From an uncultured archaeon (GTDB taxonomy: Archaea > Asgardarchaeota > Heimdallarchaeia > Heimdallarchaeales > Heimdallarchaeaceae), in the NCBI GenBank assembly GCA_964534625.1, contig CAZHRF010000005.1, positions 41,973-105,972 of the forward strand: 64,000 nt of DNA. Reading direction: 5' to 3'. The notes below the pieces were generated by a model. It saw only the letters and a program-made list of their open reading frames with translations, did no database searches and was not told the origin of the DNA. Position 1 is the first letter of the stretch. Each line of letters begins with the position of its first letter. This document shows positions 30,755-40,049 of this stretch, in pieces. The position numbers and the translations under genes were made by a program.

Positions 30755-32341
30755 TTATTGGAAGAATTGATCTAGAGACGTTTGGGGGCTTTTATGATCT
30801 TTTTTCTCTTGATGATTTTTTTCTTTTTCTGATAACGCATTTTCCAGAGTTATATCATCCGGTTCATCCGGTTCATCCGGTTCATCCGGTTCATCCGGTT
30901 CATCCGGTTCATTAAACTTGTCCAATCTTCTTTTCCTCAGAATTGGCACTTTGGTTGATCTTCTTTTATCTTTTTGAAAGTTAATAAAGGAATTAAGTAC
31001 ACTTTCCTCATCTTTTTTCTGTTCTTTTCTGATGTATTGTTCGGCCATTTGTCTATAGGCATCTTCATAATGTAACATAATTTTTTTATATTGCTGTTTT
31101 GAGTTTCCCGCTAGAAATTTTATCAAATCTTGGTCTTCTTTTTTATCAAACCTAAGCCATACCGCTATTCCTGCTGCCATTTTAGGATCATTTTCAAAGA
31201 TAAGTTTCAAGTAAGGAAAAAAATCATGCTCAAAAGAACTGCTAGAAGCATGGAAAAAATCTTTACTCTTTTCTGTTATTTTATCTAGTTTGGATCTAAA
31301 AGATCTTACTTTCCACCACACTTTCCAATACGATGAAGATTTATTGAATCTTATTTTTTTATATGGAGTATGTTTTTGCAATCCTACACAAGCTATTAAA
31401 CTAAAGTAATATTTTAGATACGACCAATTTTGTGTTTCATAACATTTTGAAAGATAAAAATCTGCTAAAGCTATTAATTCATACATTTTGAACAGTTCTT
31501 CATTGTTACTGGCTTGTTTATATGCATGTTCAAAAACCGCATCTCTCAAATCCCTATAATCCACGTCTAAGTTGTATGTAGCAGATTGTGCTACCTCATA
31601 ATCATTCGCACTAAAAATTGTTTCTAATGCTTCTTCAATTTCCATTATTGTATCTCTTGGTGAAAAAGCAAACTCACCTTTATAATGGCTTGTAGCAATT
31701 CCTTGCAAGTCATTTATAGCTGATCTAGCATCACCACCACTATTTGCTGCTATTTTATGTAACACTTTGTCTTGTACATTTAGAGACATTTTTCTTTTTA
31801 CTACTTGTAATAATTTCATTATTTCTTGGATAGATAGTCTCTCAAATTCAAAAACAATCATACTTTTTTTTGCTGATTTCAATGATTTCGAGTCTGGATC
31901 ATTGGCTGTACATAATATGGGTATTCTCGTCTCTTTTATCACTCTAGCTAATGCCTTTGCTCCCCCTCTATCTTGATGACCAAACAATCCGTCAGCCTCA
32001 TCCACAAGTAACATTTTTTTTACTCTTGCCCCTTGTAAGACTGTACCCTCCGTTGAGCTTTTACCAACATAATGTTCAATAGCCTTCTTGTTTCTTTTAT
32101 CACTTGCATTAACTTCTACTAGTTCAAAACCATATTTTTTAGCCAGATATAATACTACACTTGTTTTTCCTGTTCCAGCTGGGCCATAAAGTAAAGCAAC
32201 TTTCTTTTTTTGTTTTTTCCAAGTTTTCAGCCAATATTCGATTTTTTCTACTGTTTTTCGATTTCCGATAAAATCAACTAATGTTTGTGGTCTGAGTCTT
32301 TCTACCCACGGCATCTGTTCCTTAGTAATGTTTACAGCCAT
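30755..32341 (-). CDS. rfcL: Replication factor C large subunit
   Basis: PWVERLRP, GPAGTGKT, EVNASD, VDEADG, GGDARSAINDLQ, C-terminal PIP box QTSLDQFF. Confidence 0.95.
   Translation of the reverse strand: MAVNITKEQMPWVERLRPQTLVDFIGNRKTVEKIEYWLKTWKKQKKKVALLYGPAGTGKTSVVLYLAKKYGFELVEVNASDKRNKKAIEHYVGKSSTEGTVLQGARVKKMLLVDEADGLFGHQDRGGAKALARVIKETRIPILCTANDPDSKSLKSAKKSMIVFEFERLSIQEIMKLLQVVKRKMSLNVQDKVLHKIAANSGGDARSAINDLQGIATSHYKGEFAFSPRDTIMEIEEALETIFSANDYEVAQSATYNLDVDYRDLRDAVFEHAYKQASNNEELFKMYELIALADFYLSKCYETQNWSYLKYYFSLIACVGLQKHTPYKKIRFNKSSSYWKVWWKVRSFRSKLDKITEKSKDFFHASSSSFEHDFFPYLKLIFENDPKMAAGIAVWLRFDKKEDQDLIKFLAGNSKQQYKKIMLHYEDAYRQMAEQYIRKEQKKDEESVLNSFINFQKDKRRSTKVPILRKRRLDKFNEPDEPDEPDEPDEPDEPDDITLENALSEKEKNHQEKKDHKSPQTSLDQFFQ
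30855..30912. repeat. Perfect 9-bp tandem repeat (TCATCCGGT)x6 encoding (EPD)6 in the RFC-L tail
   Basis: Six exact units plus TCAT, read directly. Confidence 0.95.
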
Positions 32342-32418
32342 ATGCTATCTATAGGTACTCTTTAGATTTCAATATAAAAAACATGCGGAATTATAGAAAA
32401 GAAAAAATGAAATAAAAA

Positions 32419-33048
32419 TTATTCTTCGGTTACACTATCATTTACTGACTTTGGTCTTTTAAATATCAACTTACCTAGAATGCCCCCAATTGAACCTCCA
32501 ATAAAACCTATTATTGAAACAAAGAAAAACGACCCAACAGTGATGGTAAAAAAGAATATCACAATGAATAAAAACACGCCACTTAATCCAGCAATTTGTA
32601 TATCTATTATTACAGATAACAAAGAAAATAATACATTTAATGTTATAAAGCTCATTATTGAAGAGGATGTACCAGATCTAAGTCCACCTCGTGAGGCTAA
32701 ACCGCCAGCAAATGCGCCTAAAAACCAAATACCTAGAATTAAAAAATACATACCAGGATTAGCAAATGAGTTAACAAGATCCATATCTTTCATCATTGGT
32801 ATAGGAGAGGGTATGCTAAAATTAAAAGGGATAAAAAGGTTTACTACGAGTAGCATTAATAGTATTAACCAAAGATGTCCAAAAAATCCATGTGAAACCT
32901 TTAATTGGGCATTTGCACTAAGCAATTCGGGTTGGTCAATCGTTGGCCACAACAGAAGCATAAATATCAGTACTACTAGAAAATTGGTTAAGAAACCAGT
33001 AAATGTGTTTCTCAGTCTTTTTAGTATCATAATAAGTATATAGCGCAC
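32419..33048 (-). CDS. Hypothetical multi-pass membrane protein (Gly-rich helices)
   Basis: About 5 hydrophobic segments, GxxxG motifs. Confidence 0.6.
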   Translation of the reverse strand: MRYILIMILKRLRNTFTGFLTNFLVVLIFMLLLWPTIDQPELLSANAQLKVSHGFFGHLWLILLMLLVVNLFIPFNFSIPSPIPMMKDMDLVNSFANPGMYFLILGIWFLGAFAGGLASRGGLRSGTSSSIMSFITLNVLFSLLSVIIDIQIAGLSGVFLFIVIFFFTITVGSFFFVSIIGFIGGSIGGILGKLIFKRPKSVNDSVTEE

Positions 33049-33115
33049 ACATATATATAGAGTTTACCAAACTAATAACAAAAGTTAATAGACCTATATT
33101 CATTATTAATTTTAT

Positions 33116-33943
33116 ATGATACTTATAGGTCAATCACTTCAAACTTATAAAGGTCTCTCAACCCAACATCTATTACGTTTTGCAAAAACATTTGGTATCC
33201 AAAGTTGCGAGATTAACGCTACAGGTACAAATCATGAAAATGTAGCAGATATAATCTCAGAAGTAGGGGATATGCCTTTAACATTTCATCTTCCAGTTGA
33301 AGGAGTGGAGGGATTTGATTTATCGTATAAAGAGAAAGAGAAAGAGATTAAATCCATTATTAAACTGATAAACGACAATCATGTCACGTTAAATATAGTA
33401 CTAGGGGTATTTCATCCACCCCAGAAACGAGGAGATTTTCACACTCTTGTTGAAAATCTGAATCAATTAGAAATTCCTGTTGTGGTAGAAAATGTACCAG
33501 ATTATTCAGATTTAGAATTTAAGGAATTATATTTTAAATTCAAGGATAATTTAAACAATAATTTGAAAGGGTGGTTATTCGATGTTGCTCACTCATATTT
33601 GAGGAATGGAAAAGAGAAATATATGGATTTGTTGGATATCCTTCCTTTTAACGAACTAGAAGAAATACACTTCTCGGATTGCTTAGAAGGCGATGACTCC
33701 CATTATGCGTTTGGTTCCGGTGTTTTACCTATTGACTCAATACTTACAGATATTCGTTCACGAAATTATGATAAGATAATTGTAAATGAAATTAATCCCC
33801 ATCCAACTGTGTGGGATCTGCTTGATTCTTACATAAAAGTAGCAAAGTATTTCAACAAACGACTATACACAAAAACACTGATAAAAAGATTCATTTTCAG
33901 ACCAATTGTTCGAAGAAAACTTGAAAAGGCAGGAATTCATTAA
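33116..33943 (+). CDS. Xylose-isomerase-like/AP-endonuclease-2 TIM-barrel protein
   Basis: FHLP, VEN, FDVAH, IHFSD...H...G.G, VNE metal motifs. Confidence 0.8.
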   Translation: MILIGQSLQTYKGLSTQHLLRFAKTFGIQSCEINATGTNHENVADIISEVGDMPLTFHLPVEGVEGFDLSYKEKEKEIKSIIKLINDNHVTLNIVLGVFHPPQKRGDFHTLVENLNQLEIPVVVENVPDYSDLEFKELYFKFKDNLNNNLKGWLFDVAHSYLRNGKEKYMDLLDILPFNELEEIHFSDCLEGDDSHYAFGSGVLPIDSILTDIRSRNYDKIIVNEINPHPTVWDLLDSYIKVAKYFNKRLYTKTLIKRFIFRPIVRRKLEKAGIH

Positions 33944-33948
33944 AAACA

Positions 33949-34200
33949 TTAAATATTCTCTATTAATTCCAATGACAAATTAAGCCATTTTAAGTAAGAA
34001 TTAACTGCAGCTCTTGCTGAAACTGTATCTGTAGCATTTAATTTTAGTAATAATTTTTTTCCCTTCCTTGTAATATTTACATTTGCTCTATCATTTAGTT
34101 TTATTTTTGTTTCAATTATTAATGTGTCATGAATATTTTTACAAATTTCTTCAGTATCAAAATCAAAATCCATATCCAAACACACACAATTAATCATCAC
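33949..34200 (-). CDS. pcc1: KEOPS subunit Pcc1 family
   Basis: ATDTVSARAAVNSYLKWL; exosome-cluster position. Confidence 0.85.
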   Translation of the reverse strand: MMINCVCLDMDFDFDTEEICKNIHDTLIIETKIKLNDRANVNITRKGKKLLLKLNATDTVSARAAVNSYLKWLNLSLELIENI

Positions 34201-34213
34201 TTCACCGCTAATT

Positions 34214-34762
34214 CTATATTTCTCTTGGTATTACTTTAAGCTTCATTCTTGGACCAACAGGCCTATCTTTCTTATTTGTAAATTCAATAAAAATAAATTC
34301 TTCTCCATTTTCTTCTATATAATCCGCATATGCAGTAATATAATTGGTTTCTTCCAGTTTTTCTATACTGTGTTTCTTTATATTGAGAAATCTCTTTAAT
34401 GCATTTTCTTTAAACTCATTTTTTAGAGTAGAAATCAATATCGAATATTGTGGTTGATTTGTTTTCACAGTTCTGATTTCTCGTGATAAGGTTAATCCTC
34501 TAATTTTAATTGCATAAGCAAGTTTCTTAGGAACGCCTGTCGACAAATCAAACATCCTTACAAAATTCGGATTCCCTTTTACTGAGTTAACAATTGCAGC
34601 TGTTTTACAATCTTTATGAATCATTTCGTTTAGTGTCAAATCAACATTCGATGATCCTCTTGTCACACTCATAGATTCAGGTATGACTTTAACAATATCA
34701 TTAATGAATGATCTTGTTTTTGTTGCAGGATTTCTTGATGTTGTAAATCCTATTCTTGCCAT
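34214..34762 (-). CDS. Brix/Imp4-domain ribosome biogenesis protein
   Basis: TTSRNPATKTRSF, RG, KGNP, GPRM; start placed at MARIG. Confidence 0.85.
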   Translation of the reverse strand: MARIGFTTSRNPATKTRSFINDIVKVIPESMSVTRGSSNVDLTLNEMIHKDCKTAAIVNSVKGNPNFVRMFDLSTGVPKKLAYAIKIRGLTLSREIRTVKTNQPQYSILISTLKNEFKENALKRFLNIKKHSIEKLEETNYITAYADYIEENGEEFIFIEFTNKKDRPVGPRMKLKVIPREI

Positions 34763-34859
34763 TATATCCCAGTTTTTAAATTGAATTAAAAACATAAGGA
34801 TTGTTAAGTTCAAAAAAAACAGACAAAAAACAAATAAGAGTAAAAAGGAAAAGAAAAAT

Positions 34860-35132
34860 TTATTCTTGTTGTTCTGCTATACGGGTAATTCTTCGTAATA
34901 TACTGCGGCCTGAACTGGTTATCGGTTCCCAAGCTCCTCCAGCTCTTTTTTCTCCACATTTTTTACACTCCCAAATACCAACACCTTGTCGTTTAAAGTT
35001 TCTAGTTAAACATGCAGGACATTTATATGTGGCTTTACTTTTCTGTTCTATCTCACGAACACGCTTTCTTATTGTGGAACCATATCTTGTTCCATAGCGA
35101 CCTGTTGATTTTACTTTTTTTGTTTTTCCCAT
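34860..35132 (-). CDS. rpl37ae: Ribosomal protein eL43 (L37Ae)
   Basis: TKKV..TGRYGTRYG, CPAC, GIWECKKC, AGGAW; start MGKTKK after SD GAGGTG. Confidence 0.95.
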   Translation of the reverse strand: MGKTKKVKSTGRYGTRYGSTIRKRVREIEQKSKATYKCPACLTRNFKRQGVGIWECKKCGEKRAGGAWEPITSSGRSILRRITRIAEQQE

Positions 35133-35136
35133 TCTA

Positions 35137-35970
35137 TTACACCTCTTTTTGTTTTTTATACTCTGAAATCGCACTCATTAACTGGTTTCTTAAATCTTTT
35201 GACCTTGTAAAGGCTTTTCTTACCATAGGCATAATTTCTGAGCGTTTAAATACACCAGTATTACCCTTTTGAGCTGCCACAATATGATCCTCCTCATCAA
35301 ACGCCAATACTAGATAGGCTTCACTTATTCTTTCTTCTTTCATGTTTGGATCAATTATTGTATAATCACCTATCTTATAATTTGTTACAGTTATTGGATA
35401 GTGAGCGATTGGTAAGTCGTAAGTTTCATCCAATATTTCGTAATCATCGTCATCCTTTAATTCGATTTTAGGTATCTTTGTTGTTGCTAGACTTGCAATT
35501 GCTCCTAGTGTAGCGGCATCAAAAAGAGAACCATCATAGTTTAGAACATACATGTCAATAAATATTATCCATACCAATTTACCAGGAACTATACATAATT
35601 TGCTTAGATCTACACAATGAGACTCTCTTATAGCTCTATCTGTAACTCTAGCTAGTATTGTTGCATCGTCTCTAGGTGGCCCACTTTCATAAAAAGGAGC
35701 GGCTACTGGACTCAACTCTGCAGTAGTGGTTATTACACCCGAATCTGGTGTATCTGGATAGGGTGTTCCTATTTCCGCTTTAATTCCAACTAATATTTTT
35801 GTATTACCTATTGAAACTACTGCCGACCCCTCTGCTTTTTCGATATAACCAAGTTCAACTTTTATTGGTCTATGTTCATCTAGTTCTCTTCTATCAGCTC
35901 TCTTTCCTTTTTCAATTAAAGAGAGAATATATCCTTTTTCAATTTCACTTATAATAAAATCGTCTGACAT
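35137..35970 (-). CDS. rrp42: Exosome core subunit Rrp42
   Basis: KAEGSA, PYPDTPDSG, ARVTDRAIRES, LCIVPG..VW. Confidence 0.95.
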   Translation of the reverse strand: MSDDFIISEIEKGYILSLIEKGKRADRRELDEHRPIKVELGYIEKAEGSAVVSIGNTKILVGIKAEIGTPYPDTPDSGVITTTAELSPVAAPFYESGPPRDDATILARVTDRAIRESHCVDLSKLCIVPGKLVWIIFIDMYVLNYDGSLFDAATLGAIASLATTKIPKIELKDDDDYEILDETYDLPIAHYPITVTNYKIGDYTIIDPNMKEERISEAYLVLAFDEEDHIVAAQKGNTGVFKRSEIMPMVRKAFTRSKDLRNQLMSAISEYKKQKEV

Positions 35971-36920
35971 TATTGAACCTCCTCATCCTTTTTTCCTAAA
36001 TTTTCAGGTTCATCTTTTTCCTCGACTGCCTTCGTCACATCATCAACACTAACAGGGGTTGGATTATCATCTTCATCTTCATCTTCATCTTCATCTTCGT
36101 ACTCGTCTCCTTCTACAACAGCTGATGAATCTTTCAATGATTCTTCAATGATTTGTTTTGATTCTTCTTCATCTTCGTCTTCGTCAGCAACTTCTGCACG
36201 AATACTGGAATATACTTTCTTAAGCGCGTCTTTTTGTAGTTCATATATTTGCTCACAGCCATTGATCGCCGTATTTACAGCTTCTTCAAATTGCTCTATT
36301 GTAAAGATCCCATCCAATTGTAGTAGCGAAATCTCATCTAAAGCTGGTGCATAACCAACAGGCAAATCGCCACCACCCTTTTGATCTTCAATATTAGCTA
36401 AATCTAGCACAACTTTATCGTTGGCTAAGCCAGAAGCTATTCCAGCAATTATTCCTCGCATGGGTACTCCTGCATCAGCTAAAGCAACAGCAGCAGCAGT
36501 CAAAGATGCACAACGTGTTCCACCACTTGCTTGTAATACCTGTACATATACATCTATTGTTGTTCTAGGATATCTTTTAGCGAGAACTACACTTTGTAGA
36601 GCATCACTTAATATTTTTGATATTTCTCTTTCTCTTCTAGATGGGGCAGGGCTTTTTCTTTCATCAACTGAAAAAGTTGCCATTCTATAGAAACATTGAA
36701 CCAGAGCCCTATCTGGCAAAGCAAGGTGCTTTGGATGTAATTCTCTTGGTCCATATATGGCAGCCACAATAATATTTTTGCCTTGACGAATTTCTGCACT
36801 TCCATCTGCGTTTTCTAGTATACCTACTTTAATGCTTGTTGGTCTATATTCATTAAGATTACGACCATCAAGCCTTTTTCCATTCTCATCAATAAGCTGT
36901 TCTGTTCCATCTCCAGCCAT
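35970..36920 (-). CDS. rrp41: Exosome RNase PH subunit Rrp41 with long acidic C-terminal tail
   Basis: RLDGR, ADGSA, YGPRELHP, PSRREREISK, GGTRCA, ED..G.GDLP. Confidence 0.95.
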   Translation of the reverse strand: MAGDGTEQLIDENGKRLDGRNLNEYRPTSIKVGILENADGSAEIRQGKNIIVAAIYGPRELHPKHLALPDRALVQCFYRMATFSVDERKSPAPSRREREISKILSDALQSVVLAKRYPRTTIDVYVQVLQASGGTRCASLTAAAVALADAGVPMRGIIAGIASGLANDKVVLDLANIEDQKGGGDLPVGYAPALDEISLLQLDGIFTIEQFEEAVNTAINGCEQIYELQKDALKKVYSSIRAEVADEDEDEEESKQIIEESLKDSSAVVEGDEYEDEDEDEDEDDNPTPVSVDDVTKAVEEKDEPENLGKKDEEVQ

Positions 36921-36950
36921 TTAATCACCTTTTTAATTATAATCAATTAT

Positions 36951-37637
36951 TTAATTGTTTTCTAATAACTCACGAATTCTATCAGTTAAACCAGTTGTAT
37001 GGGCTTCTAATTCTATTTTCTTAAAAGCTTGAATAGCTAAAAGTTCATCTTCATCTTTTTTTCCTTGAACCCAAAGTCTTCCATTTTGTCCAATAATAAC
37101 TTGACAGCGAGTTAATCTTTTAATCATATTAATCATTGTTCCTTTCTTACCAACAACTCGAGGGACATGAGCAGATTCTATTTGAATAACTCTACCCCCA
37201 CTTAATTTTCCAAGACCCCTCTCATTTGTTATTAAAGAAGGATCTCTTGTTCTATCAAAACTAATTACCTTAGCAAGAATGATATCACCAATATCATAAA
37301 TTTCTCTAGCGTCATGTTTAACAGGGTCAAATCTTCTTCTTCTAGCATTTGAAGCTTGTAATATACCCGGATATGGGCAACCTATATCAACTTGCCAGTT
37401 TACCAATCCAACTTCCATAACTTTTCCAATTACTAAATCACCAGGACGGGGAATATATTTCGCTTTAAGCGATTTCACACGGATATACTCACCTCTGTCT
37501 TGAAAAAGTCCAACAATTGTACAATAATAGTTGCCATTTTTTTTATTTATTCCCTCGCCATACTTGAAATGACCTTCTGCTACTTTTTCGCCAGGAATAA
37601 CAATAGCGTGATTATCTACTAATACTTTATTAGCCAT
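36951..37637 (-). CDS. rrp4: Exosome RNA-binding subunit Rrp4
   Basis: VIPGE, YIPRPGDLVIG (S1), VPRVVGKKGTM (KH), GQNG.LW, AHT.GLTDR. Confidence 0.95.
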   Translation of the reverse strand: MANKVLVDNHAIVIPGEKVAEGHFKYGEGINKKNGNYYCTIVGLFQDRGEYIRVKSLKAKYIPRPGDLVIGKVMEVGLVNWQVDIGCPYPGILQASNARRRRFDPVKHDAREIYDIGDIILAKVISFDRTRDPSLITNERGLGKLSGGRVIQIESAHVPRVVGKKGTMINMIKRLTRCQVIIGQNGRLWVQGKKDEDELLAIQAFKKIELEAHTTGLTDRIRELLENN

Positions 37638-37664
37638 ATAATTAACCTCTCGTTTATATTTAAT

Positions 37665-38408
37665 TTATTCAGTTAAACGTTCTAGCACTTTAACTTGTGC
37701 TTTACCCTTTGATTTTGAAGTAACCTCATCTAAGAAATCTGCTTGCATTCCCGAAGGAATTTGAACAACAACCGCCAAAGAACCATCTGATAACCATTCC
37801 TCTTCTAATGGTTCACCTAAATCATAAATGACACCATAAAGTGAACCCGCATAACTAGCAGGTATTTTTAATGCTAATTTTACAGATTCAAAACGAATGG
37901 GCATAATAGGCTTAAGTTGTTTAATGATATCCATAGCTTGTTCTTTAACCCCTCCACGATACTTAATATTAATACCTAGATCAATAATTGCATTATTTAT
38001 TCTATCTTTTGGGATGGGTGAGTTTTCACGTGGATTAATACAATGAACATGGATAAAATCTACAATCTCCTCTCGTTTTTCTTTCATTATCTCATTTCTT
38101 TGTTCTTGAGTTAATTTTAATTCTCCTTTCTCAAGAATTTCTAGAGCTATCTCACGTTCATTTTTATCACCAAAAACAACGGTAAGATCGTCATCAGAAG
38201 CACGAATACCTCTAGAAACATTTTCATAAACAGTATAGACTTCGAAGATGTCATCTGGCTCTACTTCTTCACCTTGTAAATGTAACCATGCAGCTTCGGG
38301 ATTTACCAACATTTCAAATCTGCGACCATGACTGCTGTACTTTACAATAGACTTATCTTGTAAATCAATTCTTTTATCGGAAGTAACGCCTTTGAAATCG
38401 CGCATCAT
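37665..38408 (-). CDS. Ribosome maturation factor SBDS/Sdo1
   Basis: GRRFEMLV, ILEKGELKLTQEQR, INPR, EEWLSDGS. Confidence 0.93.
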   Translation of the reverse strand: MMRDFKGVTSDKRIDLQDKSIVKYSSHGRRFEMLVNPEAAWLHLQGEEVEPDDIFEVYTVYENVSRGIRASDDDLTVVFGDKNEREIALEILEKGELKLTQEQRNEIMKEKREEIVDFIHVHCINPRENSPIPKDRINNAIIDLGINIKYRGGVKEQAMDIIKQLKPIMPIRFESVKLALKIPASYAGSLYGVIYDLGEPLEEEWLSDGSLAVVVQIPSGMQADFLDEVTSKSKGKAQVKVLERLTE

Positions 38409-38539
38409 ATTATATCACACTCTTTTTATCACTATTAATTTACTAATAGTAGAGTTATTTTGTGATACTTCACAGAGTAGATTTATAACTCTTATTACAA
38501 TAGAGAACACGAAAAAAAATGTTGAAGAGATAAAGAAAA

Positions 38540-39091
38540 ATGGACAGAACACAAAAATTCAATATACTTATTACAGGAAAACCAGGTGTTGGCAAAACCT
38601 CACTTTTAATTAAAATAATAAAACAACTGAATCTTAAAATGACAGGATTCATCACAAAGGAGATTAGAGAGAAAAAAAGAAGAATGGGTTTCAAGATTAC
38701 TACCTTAGATTATAAAGAGTATCTTTTAGCATCAAAACAGGGAAAAAAGAGTAACGAGAAAGTTGGAAGTTATAATGTTTATATTGAAAATTTGGAATTA
38801 GCCTTGTTAGAGATTGAGAAAGAACTAAAGAAAAATAAACACGATATAATCATAATTGATGAAATAGGCAAAATGGAACTGTTTTCAAAAAGCTTTCAAA
38901 AATTTGTTGAAAAACATTTAAATGAAAAAAGAGTAGTAGCTACAATTATGTTAAGAGACAATCCTTTTACTAAACGTCTAAAAAAACGTTCAGATACAAA
39001 AATCTTTGAAGTTACAAGAGCAAACAGAGACAGTATAAAAAAGGATATAATAACATCAATTGTTGAACAACAGATAAATGTTGGAATTTAA
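38540..39091 (+). CDS. NTPase (THEP1/NTPCR family)
   Basis: TGKPGVGKTS, GFITKEIRE..RR.GF, IDEIGKMEL. Confidence 0.9.
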   Translation: MDRTQKFNILITGKPGVGKTSLLIKIIKQLNLKMTGFITKEIREKKRRMGFKITTLDYKEYLLASKQGKKSNEKVGSYNVYIENLELALLEIEKELKKNKHDIIIIDEIGKMELFSKSFQKFVEKHLNEKRVVATIMLRDNPFTKRLKKRSDTKIFEVTRANRDSIKKDIITSIVEQQINVGI

Positions 39092-39140
39092 TAATCTTTA
39101 AATTGAATTTTGCTTTCAGTATTTTAAACAGAGTGGTTTC

Positions 39141-39986
39141 ATGCCAGAAGGACCAGAAGTAGAATGTACAAAAAGATCATTGGAGCTATTACTTAATAAA
39201 ACAGTTAAAAAAATTAAAATGACAAAACTCTCTCAAAAGTATTCGAAGTATTTGAATAAACAAAAAGATTTTGACGGTTTTACTAATAAAAAAATATACA
39301 ACTTAATAAGAAGGGGGAAATATCTACTTTGGATATTTGAAGGAGAAAAAGTAATATTAAATCATCTAGGGATGTCAGGAAAGTGGATTTTTGTTGATAA
39401 TATTAAAGACATTACCTCCCATGCAAAGATAATACTAGAGATGGGGGAACCACCTCATGCCATATTTGATGATGTTAGAAATTTTGGGCAATTTAGAGCA
39501 TATAATTCGTTAAAAGAGGTTTTAGAATATAAACCCATAAAAAAACTTGGTCCCGATGGACTAAAAAAGCCATTTAACTGTAATCTTTTTTTAAAACTGT
39601 TAGAAAAAAACAAATATCATTTCAAACAAATAGGCCAAGTTTTACTTGATCAAGAATTAGTAGCAGGTGTAGGAAATATTTACAAATCAGAAATACTATT
39701 TTTTGCAAAAATAGATCCGAGAAGACAGGTTGATAAATTAACATATGCAGAGAAGAAAAAACTCTGTGTTTCAATATCCACAATTTTACAAAAAGCAGTA
39801 AACTGTAATGGGAGTACATTCAATATTCAACCTTATAAAACACCTACAGGTGAAATAGGTGGTGCACAAAATTGGCATCGAGTTTATGGAAGAGAGGAAG
39901 CAAAATGTTTTGAGTGCAACCAGAGAATAAAAAGAATTAAACAGGACAAGAGAAGTACGTTTTTCTGTTCAACATGTCAGAAATGA
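39141..39986 (+). CDS. mutM: Formamidopyrimidine-DNA glycosylase Fpg/MutM
   Basis: N-terminal PEGPEV, RRGKYL, HLGMSG, DVRNFG, LLDQ..VAGVGNIY, C-terminal Zn finger. Confidence 0.92.
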   Translation: MPEGPEVECTKRSLELLLNKTVKKIKMTKLSQKYSKYLNKQKDFDGFTNKKIYNLIRRGKYLLWIFEGEKVILNHLGMSGKWIFVDNIKDITSHAKIILEMGEPPHAIFDDVRNFGQFRAYNSLKEVLEYKPIKKLGPDGLKKPFNCNLFLKLLEKNKYHFKQIGQVLLDQELVAGVGNIYKSEILFFAKIDPRRQVDKLTYAEKKKLCVSISTILQKAVNCNGSTFNIQPYKTPTGEIGGAQNWHRVYGREEAKCFECNQRIKRIKQDKRSTFFCSTCQK

Positions 39987-40049
39987 ATAGAATCAATCAT
40001 CTCATTTTCATGCGAAAACAATAAATTTGTTCTCTCCTTTATTTATTTA

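Noticed and set aside
30700-30915. (HPV)n ORF
   Set aside because: Antisense shadow of the RFC-L EPD repeat
32480-33043. 187-aa plus-strand ORF
   Set aside because: Antisense to a membrane-protein gene; composition mirrors hydrophobic codons
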